DNA of 48,078 bases from Gemmatimonadota bacterium (GCA_050050315.1 JASFUL010000001.1:1-48078), one strand, 5' to 3'; positions 1 through 8,687 are shown, counted from the first letter of the stretch. Numbers and translations are program-made. The notes: a model not told the origin generated them from the letters alone.

Positions 1-427
1 GAGTCCAGAAGCGGCATTTGTCTTCGTGTTTCGCCGCCTTGAGCCGCATGATGACCTCCCGGTCATCTCCCGGTCCGAGCCGGGATCTCCGGCCCCCGCG
101 GTGGAGGACGCCCGCTCGCGGGGCGCCCCGGCGGCCGATGTCGAGGGGGTCGCTGTGTCGGCCGCCCGTGGGCCGCGGGACCCCGGGGGACCCGCGACTC
201 CGCCACGTACCCACCGATCCCCCCGCACCCGGCTGGAGCCGGGGAGGGGACGGCGTGCACGCGCTGAAACGTGATTTCAAGCACATTATAACGCTTTCCC
301 CCGTTTTCCACCACCCCCACCACCTCTCCTTCCGCGGGGCCTTTCCCGATCCGGTGCAGTGCGTTCATAATTCACCCTCCTTGAGCACCACGTCTTCGCC
401 CCTTTCCCGCCTCGCTGGAGCCCACGC

Positions 428-1012
428 ATGGACGAGAACACGCGCCTGGAGCTCATCCGCCAGGCGATGGGGGCCTCCCACGTCTTCTGCTCCACGGTCA
501 ACGAGTTCCTCGAGCATGCGCTGGAAGAGGTCACGGATGAGCCGCTGGCCATGTCCCAGGTCAAGCTCCTCCTCCTGATCGCCCGGCCGGAGCAGAGCTT
601 CAAGGTGACGGACGTGGCGCAGTTCCTCGGCGTGACGAATGCCGCGGCCAGCCGTGCCATCGACCGCCTGGTCCAGCGCGATCTCGTCGATCGGACGGTG
701 TCGCCCGAAGACCGCCGGGCGGTGCGGCTGGGGCTCACGAAGCGGGGTGAGCGGCTCCTCGCGGAGTTCGAGACCGTCCGGAGGGCTCGCCTCCTCGATC
801 TCCTGGAGGACTACCCAGACGACGACCTCCGGCAGGTGACCGTCCTCCTGGACCGCCTCTCCGTCCGCCTCCTGTCCCCCGAGGAGGAGGGGGGGCAGCG
901 CTGCTTGCGCTGCGGGATCCACTTCCGTAGGGGGTGTGTCCTGAGGGACGTACTCGGACGCGAATGCGTCGTGGCCAGTGGACTCTACGGACCCGAGAAG
1001 GAGGAAGCCTGA
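428..1012 (+). CDS. MarR-family transcriptional regulator with Cys-rich C-terminal extension
   Basis: 194-aa ORF. It has a winged-helix MarR signature (LLLIARPEQSFKVTDVAQFLGVTNAAASRAIDRLVQRDLVDRTVSPEDRRAVRLGLTKRGERLL). An extra tail of about 40 aa carries four Cys (CLRCG..RGC..REC). A GGAG lies about 9 nt upstream of the ATG. Confidence 0.85.
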   Translation: MDENTRLELIRQAMGASHVFCSTVNEFLEHALEEVTDEPLAMSQVKLLLLIARPEQSFKVTDVAQFLGVTNAAASRAIDRLVQRDLVDRTVSPEDRRAVRLGLTKRGERLLAEFETVRRARLLDLLEDYPDDDLRQVTVLLDRLSVRLLSPEEEGGQRCLRCGIHFRRGCVLRDVLGRECVVASGLYGPEKEEA

Positions 1013-1552
1013 ATGCGCACCCCCGTCACCGTCGCGGCCCTGGTCGCCGCCCTCGTCGTCATTCCAGGAAGGGCCGGGGCCCAGGGCGCGCCCGACGGCT
1101 TCCTCCAGGAGTTCCGCGGCCAGTTCGAGGCCTCGGCCCGGAAGCTGGTGGCTCTCGCCGGCGCGATGCCTGCCGACTCGTACGGCTGGCGTCCCATGGA
1201 GGGCGTGGCGTCGGTCGCCTCGGCCTACATGCACATCGCCCGCTACAACTACATGTATCCGGACCAGTCGCTGGGGGTGGATCCCCCGGAAGGCGTGCGC
1301 TACGAGGGTCTCGAGGACGACGTGACGGAGAAGGAGCAGGTCGTGGAGGTCCTGGCTGCCTCCCTGGACCACGTCCGTGGGGTGCTCGACGGGATGTCCG
1401 GGCCGGACCTGGAGCGACGCACCCGGCTGTACGGCCGGGACGTCCCGCAGTGGGCGGTCCTCCTCCAGCTCCTGGCGCACATGAACGAGCACCTGGGACA
1501 GCAGATCGCGTACGCCCGGATGAACGGCGTCGTGCCTCCCTGGTCTCGCTAG
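1013..1552 (+). CDS. DinB-family protein, predicted exported
   Basis: The ATG abuts the marR stop (TGAATG). There is an N-terminal signal-like segment (VAALVAALVVIPGRAGAQG). A DinB-type helical bundle is suggested by conserved His residues (YMHIARYNY, LLAHMNEHLGQQIAYARMNG). Confidence 0.8.
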   Translation: MRTPVTVAALVAALVVIPGRAGAQGAPDGFLQEFRGQFEASARKLVALAGAMPADSYGWRPMEGVASVASAYMHIARYNYMYPDQSLGVDPPEGVRYEGLEDDVTEKEQVVEVLAASLDHVRGVLDGMSGPDLERRTRLYGRDVPQWAVLLQLLAHMNEHLGQQIAYARMNGVVPPWSR

Positions 1553-1657
1553 CGGGTCCTGACTCGGAGTTGAGGCGACAGAAGGTCGTCGACCCCCGAG
1601 GGCACGAACCGGTAGGGATCGATCCCCTTCGTCGCTGCGAGGCGTTGGCTGACGTCG

Positions 1658-1754
1658 CGCTCTCCCCCGCTCGGAGGGGAGAAGTCCTACCGAGCGGGCG
1701 GGACGCGCTGCACCGTCGCTCTCTCCCCCCGCTCGGAGGGGAGAAGTCCTACCG
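1658..1754. repeat. Two direct copies (62-bp period) of a hairpin-containing intergenic repeat
   Basis: An exact 29-nt core, CCCCCGCTCGGAGGGGAGAAGTCCTACCG, occurs at 1664-1692 and 1726-1754. Each copy is preceded by CGCTCT(CT)C. Each copy contains the inverted repeat TCTCCCC-N8-GGGGAGA (for example 1661-1667 pairing with 1676-1682). Confidence 0.6.
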
Positions 1755-2020
1755 TGCGGTCGACCGACGTCCATCACTCCGAGCCTGGCGCGCCCCCGAC
1801 TCGCTCGGGACCGCCGGGTCCGTCCATTCCCGCGGGCCCGGCCGGGCTCGTCTCCTCCGGAGCGCGAATCCGGTCCTCGACGCCCTCCGGGGCTCAACAT
1901 CGAGGGCCGCAGGGGTGTCCCCCGCAGCGTAGCGAGCGTCCACCGGAACGGCCGCGGACATAAACCCGGGTCCTCGTTCGTCCATCCTCTGGACCTCACC
2001 GGTTCCCCGCGCGCCTTTCC

Positions 2021-5000
2021 ATGCACAGACGGAATCCATACATGACCCGGATGTCCCGTACGATCCTCCGGCTCGGCGTCCTCCTGGCCCTGGTCTGGCC
2101 CGCGGCCCTGGCCGCCCAGTCGCGCACCACCTCCGCCGTGCGGGGCACGGTCACCCTGGCGGACGGCACCCCCCTCGCCGACGTCACGGTCACGGTCCGA
2201 CAACAGGAGACGGGAGCGTCCCGGTCCGCCGCGACCAACCAGGCCGGACGGTTCCTCTTTCCCGTGCTCCAGCCCGGCGGCCCGTACAGCCTCACCGTGT
2301 CCCGCCTGGGGTACGCCGAGGAGACGCGCGAGGGCATGCAGCTCTCCGTCGGCGAGACCCGGACGGTGGACGTGGTGCTCCGGGAGGAGGCCGTGGAGCT
2401 GGAGGGCATCGAGGTCGGGGTCGAGCGGACCGAGGTCTTCAACCCCAGCCAGGTGGGAATCGCCACCCGCCTCACCGAGCGCATGGTCGAGGAGATGCCC
2501 ATCCTGTCGCGCAACATCATGGAGCTGGCCGTCCTCTCGCCGCTGGTGAAGACGACCGAGCAGGGAGGCTTCTCGGTGGCGGGGCAGAACGACCGGTACA
2601 ACTCCATCCTGGTGGACGGGGTGCTGAACAAGGACATGTTCGGCCTCACGGCGGGGGGGGTCCCGGGTGGCCAGGCCGGCGCCAAGCTCATCCCCCTGGA
2701 CGCGGTCGCCCAGTACGAGATCCTGATCGCGCCGTTCGACGTCCGCCTGTCCGGGTTCACCGGGGGCGTCATGAACGCGGTGACCCGGACGGGGACCAAC
2801 CAGTGGCGCATCCAGGGCCAGGGCGTCCACCGCAACGAGGTGCTCCTCGGGGACCTGACCCTTCCCACCGGCTCCACGGACACCGACGGCGTGGACCGCT
2901 CCCTCGTGAGCCTCTCCGTCGGCGGGCCCATCATCCGTGACGAGGCCCACTTCTTCGTGACCGGCGAGTGGGAGAAGCGCACGCAGCCGCCGCCCGGGTT
3001 CAACCTCTTCCGGGACGACCTGGCCCTGGTGAAGGTCTCCGAGTCCGAGGCGACGGACTTCCAGGAGGTCCTCGCGTCGCAGTACGGGCTGGACGCCGGG
3101 ACCGCGGCGCCCTACTCCCTGGGGCAGGAGCTCACCAACGTCTTCGCCCGGCTGGACTGGAACTTCGACAACGGGCTGCGCCTCACGGCCCGCAACGTCT
3201 TCGCCCGGGCGCAGAACGACGAGACGCCGAACCGGTCGGCCTTCGACCCGTACGGCCTCTCGTCCAACGGGGTCTTCCGGACGTCGACGAACAACACCAC
3301 CTCGATCCAGCTCTTCAGCGACTTCGGCACGACGGGCGCCAACGAGCTGAACCTGAACGTCCAGCACACCAGCGACCAGAGCGCGCCGGTAAGCGACTAT
3401 CCGCAGGTCGAGGTCGACCTCCGGAGCGACATCGGCGGGGCGACCTTCGAGCGGGGCGTCCGGGCGGGGTCGGAGTTCTTCGCCCAGCGCAACGACCTCA
3501 CGCAGACCACGGTGAGGCTCACCAACAGCTTGACGCTCAACCACGAGAACAGCGCCTACAAGCTGGGCGTCACGGGCGCCTACTACGACATCGAGCACCT
3601 CTACCTGCCCGGCGCGACCGGCTCCTACTTCTTCGCGAACGTCGACGACCTCGAGCAGAACGTCCCGCAGCGGTGGCAGCGGACGCTGCTGGCGGACGGC
3701 ATCGACCCGGCCGTGAACTTCTCCGTCCTGGAGTGGGGGGTGTTCGTCCAGAACCAGATCGACGCGGGCAAGGGCCTGACCATGCGGTTCGGCATCCGCC
3801 TGGACGTCCCCACCGTGCTGGACACGCCGGAGGAGAACCCGGTCATCGCCGACGTCTTCGAGCAGAGCACGGCCTCGCTGCCGGAGAACGCGTGGCTGAT
3901 CTCGCCCCGGTGGGGCTTCAACTGGCAGAGCGACGGGCCGCGCCGGACCCAGGTCCGGGGCGGGGCCGGGATGTTCACCGGACAGCTCCCGTTCATCTGG
4001 CTGTCCAACGCGTTCCACAACAACGGGCTGCGCTCGCGCACGCTCTACTGCGAGGGGAAGTACACCGACGCCGACAACACGGCCGGCACGGCCGCGCCCT
4101 TCGATCCGTCGACGCCCGCCACGGCCTGCTTCGGGGGGTCGGCTCCGCGCGTGCTCCGCTCGGTGACCGTCTTCCAGGACGGATTCAAGTATCCCCAGGA
4201 CCTCAAGTTCTCCATCGGCGTCGACCAGGAGCTCACCGACCGCGTGAGCGGCTCGCTGGGCCTGCTCTTCAGCAAGGCGCTGAACCAGGTAGGCCTCGAG
4301 GAGCTGAACCTGGACGACCCCTCCGACCTCGGGGACCTGGAGAACCTCGAAGGGTTCGGAGGGCTGCAGCGGCGCTACTTCGGCCACGCCGCCACGGACG
4401 GCTTCGCCCCGAACCGCGAGCAGCCCGGCTACGATCAGGTCCTGCTCGCCACCAACGACGGAGAGGACTGGGCTTTCTCGGGGAGCGCCGAGCTGCGGGG
4501 GCCCATCACCGACCGACTGAGCTTCCAGCTCGGGTACGCCTTCAGCCGCTCCTGGGACCGGACGAGCCTGATCTTCAGCGACATGATCTCGAACTACGGG
4601 TTCAACCCCACCGGGTTCAACCCGAACGACCCCGGCCTCACCACGTCCAACTTCGACCGTCCCCACAAGGTCGTCGCCACGGTGTTCGGCGCCCCCTTCG
4701 AGGCCCTGCCGAACACGCGGATCTCGCTCCTGTACACCGGCCAGTCGGGGCTCCCGTTCTCGTACGTCTACGGGGAGGACATGAACGGCGACGGATACCC
4801 GGGCGTCGGCCCGGCCTTCGACCGCTTCAACGACCTCGTGTACGTCCCGAACGAGGCGAGTGAGGTGAACTCCGGCTTCGCGACGCAGCGGCTCCTGGCC
4901 GCAGCCCTGCGGACCGACGAGTGCCTCGCGGAGCACAAGGGAGACATCCTGCCCCGCAACGCGTGCCGGGCGCCCTGGCAGAACCGGCTCGACCTCCGGG

Positions 5001-5317
5001 TGTCCCACGAGCTGCAGCTCGGCGACGCCGCCGTCCGCTTCGAGGGCGACCTCATCAACGTGCTGAACTTCCTGAACTCCGACTGGGGCCGCATCCAGTC
5101 GATCCGCTCGGTGGCCAACCTGCTGGACGTGAGCCGCCAGATCATCCTGGGTCGCCCCGGGCCCCTTTCCGCCCAGTGGGCGGGCCCCATCCTCCCCGCC
5201 GAGGACGAGGAGGGCGAGACGGTGTTCGACCCCGCCGACCCGTGGAACGTGCTTTCGCCCGATTCGCAGTGGCAGATGCAGTTCGGCGCCCGGGTCACCT
5301 TCGGAGGGAACAGGTAG
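2021..5317 (+). CDS. TonB-dependent receptor with N-terminal carboxypeptidase-regulatory-like domain
   Basis: 1098-aa ORF. It has a signal peptide (MSRTILRLGVLLALVWPAALAAQ). The CarboxypepD_reg-like beta-sandwich is visible (VRGTVTLADGTPLADVTVTV..NQAGRFLFPVLQPGGPYSLTVSRLGY), followed by a plug and a long beta-barrel rich in alternating aromatic/Gly/Asn strands. The start is ambiguous among the ATGs at 2021, 2042 and 2051. Confidence 0.9.
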   Translation: MHRRNPYMTRMSRTILRLGVLLALVWPAALAAQSRTTSAVRGTVTLADGTPLADVTVTVRQQETGASRSAATNQAGRFLFPVLQPGGPYSLTVSRLGYAEETREGMQLSVGETRTVDVVLREEAVELEGIEVGVERTEVFNPSQVGIATRLTERMVEEMPILSRNIMELAVLSPLVKTTEQGGFSVAGQNDRYNSILVDGVLNKDMFGLTAGGVPGGQAGAKLIPLDAVAQYEILIAPFDVRLSGFTGGVMNAVTRTGTNQWRIQGQGVHRNEVLLGDLTLPTGSTDTDGVDRSLVSLSVGGPIIRDEAHFFVTGEWEKRTQPPPGFNLFRDDLALVKVSESEATDFQEVLASQYGLDAGTAAPYSLGQELTNVFARLDWNFDNGLRLTARNVFARAQNDETPNRSAFDPYGLSSNGVFRTSTNNTTSIQLFSDFGTTGANELNLNVQHTSDQSAPVSDYPQVEVDLRSDIGGATFERGVRAGSEFFAQRNDLTQTTVRLTNSLTLNHENSAYKLGVTGAYYDIEHLYLPGATGSYFFANVDDLEQNVPQRWQRTLLADGIDPAVNFSVLEWGVFVQNQIDAGKGLTMRFGIRLDVPTVLDTPEENPVIADVFEQSTASLPENAWLISPRWGFNWQSDGPRRTQVRGGAGMFTGQLPFIWLSNAFHNNGLRSRTLYCEGKYTDADNTAGTAAPFDPSTPATACFGGSAPRVLRSVTVFQDGFKYPQDLKFSIGVDQELTDRVSGSLGLLFSKALNQVGLEELNLDDPSDLGDLENLEGFGGLQRRYFGHAATDGFAPNREQPGYDQVLLATNDGEDWAFSGSAELRGPITDRLSFQLGYAFSRSWDRTSLIFSDMISNYGFNPTGFNPNDPGLTTSNFDRPHKVVATVFGAPFEALPNTRISLLYTGQSGLPFSYVYGEDMNGDGYPGVGPAFDRFNDLVYVPNEASEVNSGFATQRLLAAALRTDECLAEHKGDILPRNACRAPWQNRLDLRVSHELQLGDAAVRFEGDLINVLNFLNSDWGRIQSIRSVANLLDVSRQIILGRPGPLSAQWAGPILPAEDEEGETVFDPADPWNVLSPDSQWQMQFGARVTFGGNR

Positions 5318-5341
5318 CGCGGGAGGGCCTATCAGCCCCCC

Positions 5342-5734
5342 ATGATCCCCCTCTCCATCGCGGTGGGCGGCGCCCTAGGGGCGCTCGCCCGCTACGGCCT
5401 CGGCGGCTGGGTCCACGGCTGGGCGGGGGCGGCCTTTCCCTGGGGCACCTTCGCCGTGAACGGGGTCGGATCCTTCGCCCTCGGGTTCTCCCTCCGCTGG
5501 GCCGAGGCCACGGCCGTCTCGCCCGAGGTGCGCGCGCTGGTCACCATCGGCCTGCTGGGCGCGTTCACCACCTTCAGCACGTACAGCTACGAGACCGTGG
5601 CCCTGCTTCGGGACGGCGAGTGGTCCCGCGGCGCGGCGTACGCCCTGGGGAGCCTGGCCCTCGGCCTGGTCGCCGTGGGCGCGGGCCTCGTGGCCGCGAA
5701 CTGGGCGCTCCACGGCTGGAGCTCTCCGGACTGA
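5342..5734 (+). CDS. crcB: Fluoride ion channel CrcB/FluC
   Basis: 130 aa with four hydrophobic segments. CrcB motifs are present (GGALGALARY, FPWGTFAVNGVGSFALGF, LLGAFTTFSTYSYE). Confidence 0.9.
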   Translation: MIPLSIAVGGALGALARYGLGGWVHGWAGAAFPWGTFAVNGVGSFALGFSLRWAEATAVSPEVRALVTIGLLGAFTTFSTYSYETVALLRDGEWSRGAAYALGSLALGLVAVGAGLVAANWALHGWSSPD

Positions 5735-5780
5735 TGGGACGCGCCGGCCCTCCGCCGCCCCCCGCCCCCCGCCAACGGAG

Positions 5781-6197
5781 GTGACGATGTCGCAGCGATT
5801 CCACGGCGAGCGCACCCTCATGCGGATCTTCATCGGCGAGAGCGACCGGTGCGAGGTCGGCGAGCACCGGGGGAAGCCGCTCTACGAGGCGCTCCTGCAC
5901 TTCTTCCGCCAGCGGGGGTTCGCCGGCGCCACCGTGCTGCGGGGCATCGCGGGGTTCGGCGCGAGCGCCCGCGTGCACACGGACCGCATCCTCCGCCTCT
6001 CGCTGGACCTGCCCATCGTCGTGGAGGTGGTCGAGACCGAGGCGCGGATCGAGGAGGTGCTCCCGGAGCTCGACCGGATGATCGGCGGCGCGCTCATCAC
6101 GCTGGAGCGCGCCCGGGTGATCCTCTACCGGCCGGCCGACGCCACCGACGACGAGCGGGACCGGCACCGGATGGAAGGCCTCGAGCCGGACGACTGA
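5781..6197 (+). CDS. DUF190 domain protein (CrcB-associated)
   Basis: The sequence RIFIGESDR..GKPLYEALLHFFRQRGFAGATVLRGIAGFGA..IVVEVVETE is typical of the DUF190 proteins encoded next to crcB. The start is GTG 5781 or ATG 5787. Confidence 0.85.
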   Translation: MTMSQRFHGERTLMRIFIGESDRCEVGEHRGKPLYEALLHFFRQRGFAGATVLRGIAGFGASARVHTDRILRLSLDLPIVVEVVETEARIEEVLPELDRMIGGALITLERARVILYRPADATDDERDRHRMEGLEPDD

Positions 6198-6308
6198 GCG
6201 ACTCCTTCCGACGTCCCGGGCCCCGGGCGGCCGCCGTATGACGCGCGGCCGACCTCCTGCTACCATTGTGGGATCCGAAGAGCGGACACCGGTCCGGGGA
6301 GGAGAAGC

Positions 6309-6575
6309 GTGAGCAGCGAGCGTCGTCAGAAGCGCAAGGAGATGCGGCTCGTCCAGAGCGAGGCGGCGTGGCTCCAGAAGGCCCTCTTCGCCCTGGGAAA
6401 GGCCGAGGACGCCCACGAGAAGCTCGCCGACTTCCGCGGCGAGGGAGATCCGGGCGAATACTCCTTCCACCTCAACGGTGAGGACGTCTCGGTGGAGTCC
6501 ATCGAGGAGGCGGTCGAGGGGCGTCTCCAGGGGCTCAAGGAGAAGCTCCGCGAGCGACGCCAGAGCCTGCGTTGA
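6309..6575 (+). CDS. Hypothetical small charged protein (88 aa)
   Basis: GTG start with GGAGGAG 5-6 nt upstream. The composition is balanced and Lys/Glu-rich (helical), unlike the Arg/Pro/Gly-rich spurious frames. I recognise no family. Confidence 0.45.
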   Translation: MSSERRQKRKEMRLVQSEAAWLQKALFALGKAEDAHEKLADFRGEGDPGEYSFHLNGEDVSVESIEEAVEGRLQGLKEKLRERRQSLR

Positions 6576-6645
6576 GGCCACCGGGCCCCCCTCCCGCGGT
6601 CCGTCCGACCCGGACCGTCTCCGGGGCCCGCGACGGGGAGGCGTG

Positions 6646-7494
6646 ATGGCGGGGAAGGGGTCGGCGCCTCCGGCGACGCTGGGGGAGGTCCGCGAGCGGG
6701 CGGCGGGCGTGGGCCCGATCGTCCTCGCGGTCGTCGGCTCCGACGGCGGGAGCGCGGTCGAGGCCGCCCGGCGGGCGGCGGCCTCGGGGCTGGTCGAGCC
6801 CGTCTTCCTCCGCGATCCGGACGAGGCGGCGGGGCGGGCCGGCGCCGGGGAGATCGACGTCCTCCTCAAGGGGACGGTGCGCAGCGACCAGCTGCTCCGG
6901 GCGGTCCTGGATCGTGCTCACAGCCTCCGCACCGACCGGCTCCTCTCCGACGTACTGCTCTACGAGGACACGCTGTCTGGCCGGCGCCGCCTCGTGGGCG
7001 TCACCGACGGAGGCGTGACCGTGGCCCCGGACGGGGACCAGCTCCGCCAGATCGTCCTCAACGCCGTCGGCGTGTTCCACGCCCTGGGCTTCGCCGAGCC
7101 CAGGGTGGCCCTCCTGAGCGCCACCGAGGCGGTGAGCGAGTCCGTCCCCTCCACCGTCCGGGCCCGGGCGCTCGCGGACGAGGCCATCGGGGGCGGACTC
7201 GGGAGGTGCCACGTGCAGGGCCCCCTGGCGCTGGACAACGCGCTTCTCCCTTCGGCGGCCGAGGCCAAGGGGATCGTCGGGCCGGTGGCCGGTCGCGCCG
7301 ACGTGCTCGTCACCTCGGGGATCGAGGCCGGCAACATCCTCGGCAAGTCCGTGAAGTACTTCGCCGGCTCCGTCACGGGACACGTCGTCGTGGGCGCCCG
7401 GGTGCCCGTGCTCATCCCCTCCCGCGTCGAGAGCGTGGAGGACAAGCTCGCCAGCATCGCGCTGGGCGCGCTGGCGGCCCGGGGGATGCGGTGA
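6646..7494 (+). CDS. ptb: Phosphate butyryltransferase/acetyltransferase (PTA_PTB family)
   Basis: I take ATG 6646 as the internal start of track ORF 6478-7494. Ptb-like motifs are present (DVLLKGTVRSDQLLRAVL, VTDGGVTVAPD, VALLSATE, GPLALDNAL, AGRADVLVTSGIEAGNILGKS, GARVPVLIPSR). Confidence 0.85.
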   Translation: MAGKGSAPPATLGEVRERAAGVGPIVLAVVGSDGGSAVEAARRAAASGLVEPVFLRDPDEAAGRAGAGEIDVLLKGTVRSDQLLRAVLDRAHSLRTDRLLSDVLLYEDTLSGRRRLVGVTDGGVTVAPDGDQLRQIVLNAVGVFHALGFAEPRVALLSATEAVSESVPSTVRARALADEAIGGGLGRCHVQGPLALDNALLPSAAEAKGIVGPVAGRADVLVTSGIEAGNILGKSVKYFAGSVTGHVVVGARVPVLIPSRVESVEDKLASIALGALAARGMR

Positions 7495-8687
7495 GGCCGG
7501 GCGGGTCGACCGGCGCCGGCCCGGTGGGCGGGGCTCCCGGTCCGGCCGGCGCCGGTCCGGGCCGGTCCCCGCCCCGGGTGCTGGCCCTGAACCCGGGCTC
7601 GACGTCCACCAAGGTCGCCCTCTACCAGGGAGCCCGGGTGGCCTTCGAGACCACCGTGCGCCACTCCGACGACGACCTGGAGCCGTTCCGCGACCGTCCG
7701 GTCCTGGACCAGCTCGTCTGGCGGCTGGAGGCGGTGAGGGCGGCGCTGACGGCGGGGGGCGTCGACCTGGACGCGCTGGACGCCGTCGTCGGTCGGGGCG
7801 GCCTTCTGCGTCCCCTGGAGGGAGGCGTCTACCGGGTCGGCGAGGCCATGCTGGCCGAGCTGCGCGAGGCGCCCCGGGGCGAGCACGCGTCCAACCTGGG
7901 CGCCTTCCTGGCCGCCGGGATCGCCGCCCAGGTCCCGGGAGACCGCCCCGCGTTCGTCGTCGATCCGGTGAGCGTGGACGAGTGGGAGGACGTGGCCCGG
8001 CTCTCCGGACTCCAGGGGGTGGACCGTGAGTGCCTGTCCCACGCGCTCAACACGCGGGCCGTGGCGAGGCGGTACGCCGACGAGACGGGGAGCCCCTACG
8101 CGACGCTCCGGCTCGTGGTGGCGCACCTGGGGAGCGGGATCTCCGTCTCGGCCCACCGGGACGGACGCATGGTGGACGTCACGAACTCCATGCAGGAGGG
8201 AGCGTACTCGACCGAACGCGCCGGGACCGTGCCCTCCCTGGCTCTGGTCCTGAGGGCCATCCGGGAGGGATGGAGCGAGGAGGACGCGGTCCGTCACCTC
8301 TTCCGGGAGGGGGGGATGTTCTCGTACCTGGGGACCCGTGACCTGCGGGAGGCGCTGCGGCGCGCCGAGGCGGGCGACGCCCGGGCGGACCTGGTGGTGC
8401 GCGCGATGCTCCACCAGATCCGGAAGGACGTGGGGGCGATGGCCTCCGTGCTCGAGGGCCGGGTGGACGCGGTCCTGCTCACGGGCGGCATGGTGAAGGC
8501 CGGCCGGATCACCGACGGGCTGCGCGACACCCTCCGGTGGATCGGGCCGGTGGTGACCTACCCGGGGGAGAACGAGCTGCGCGCCCTGGCGGAGGGGGCG
8601 ATCCGCGCCCTCCTGGGGTCGGAGCCGGCGAGGGAGTACGCGCCCGCCGCTCAGCCCCCGGACGCTTCGCCCGGGCGCCGCGTGTAG
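7491..8687 (+). CDS. buk: Butyrate kinase
   Basis: ASKHA-fold butyrate kinase motifs are present (VLALNPGSTSTKVAL, GRGGLLRPLEGGVYRV, EHASNLGA, VVAHLGSGISVSAHRDGRMVDV, TERAGTVP, LLTGGM, YPGENELRALAEGA). GTG 7491 overlaps the ptb stop (GTGA). GTG 7578, directly before the conserved N-terminus, is an equally plausible start. Confidence 0.85.
   Translation: MRPGGSTGAGPVGGAPGPAGAGPGRSPPRVLALNPGSTSTKVALYQGARVAFETTVRHSDDDLEPFRDRPVLDQLVWRLEAVRAALTAGGVDLDALDAVVGRGGLLRPLEGGVYRVGEAMLAELREAPRGEHASNLGAFLAAGIAAQVPGDRPAFVVDPVSVDEWEDVARLSGLQGVDRECLSHALNTRAVARRYADETGSPYATLRLVVAHLGSGISVSAHRDGRMVDVTNSMQEGAYSTERAGTVPSLALVLRAIREGWSEEDAVRHLFREGGMFSYLGTRDLREALRRAEAGDARADLVVRAMLHQIRKDVGAMASVLEGRVDAVLLTGGMVKAGRITDGLRDTLRWIGPVVTYPGENELRALAEGAIRALLGSEPAREYAPAAQPPDASPGRRV

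Noticed and set aside
63-368. 101-aa minus-strand ORF with a very good SD (AAGGAGGgtgaatATG).
   Set aside because: I did not call it as a CDS. The C-terminal two thirds are Pro/Arg/Gly-rich. Its third codon positions are the most A/T-rich phase over 61-180 in my hand count. The N-terminal part uses AT3 codons that are atypical for this genome. I kept it as an open question in the first finding.
1615-1626. Palindrome GGGATCGATCCC, which superficially resembles a tRNA T-arm.
   Set aside because: The loop sequence does not fit TTCRANY. No acceptor, D or anticodon arms can be drawn around it.
1664-1754. Resemblance of GAGAAGTCCTACCG in the repeats to the cobalamin-riboswitch B12 box (GAAGACCTGCCG-like), upstream of a TonB receptor. 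I also considered a mini-CRISPR.
   Set aside because: The element is duplicated as part of a simple hairpin repeat. I cannot find the other conserved cobalamin-riboswitch segments (GGGAA..GGTG..AA..CC, GCCACTG). Two copies with a 33-nt spacer and no cas genes do not make a CRISPR array.
365-5008. 1547-aa minus-strand ORF, the longest in the left part of the window.
   Set aside because: It is antisense to marR, dinB and the TonB-dependent receptor, all of which have clear family motifs. The product is an Arg/Gly/Pro/Val-rich low-complexity string typical of stop-free antisense frames in high-GC DNA.
5318-5341. Looked for a fluoride (crcB-motif) riboswitch upstream of crcB.
   Set aside because: Only 24 nt separate the receptor stop from the crcB start, too short for the riboswitch. 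I see no matching conserved segments by eye.
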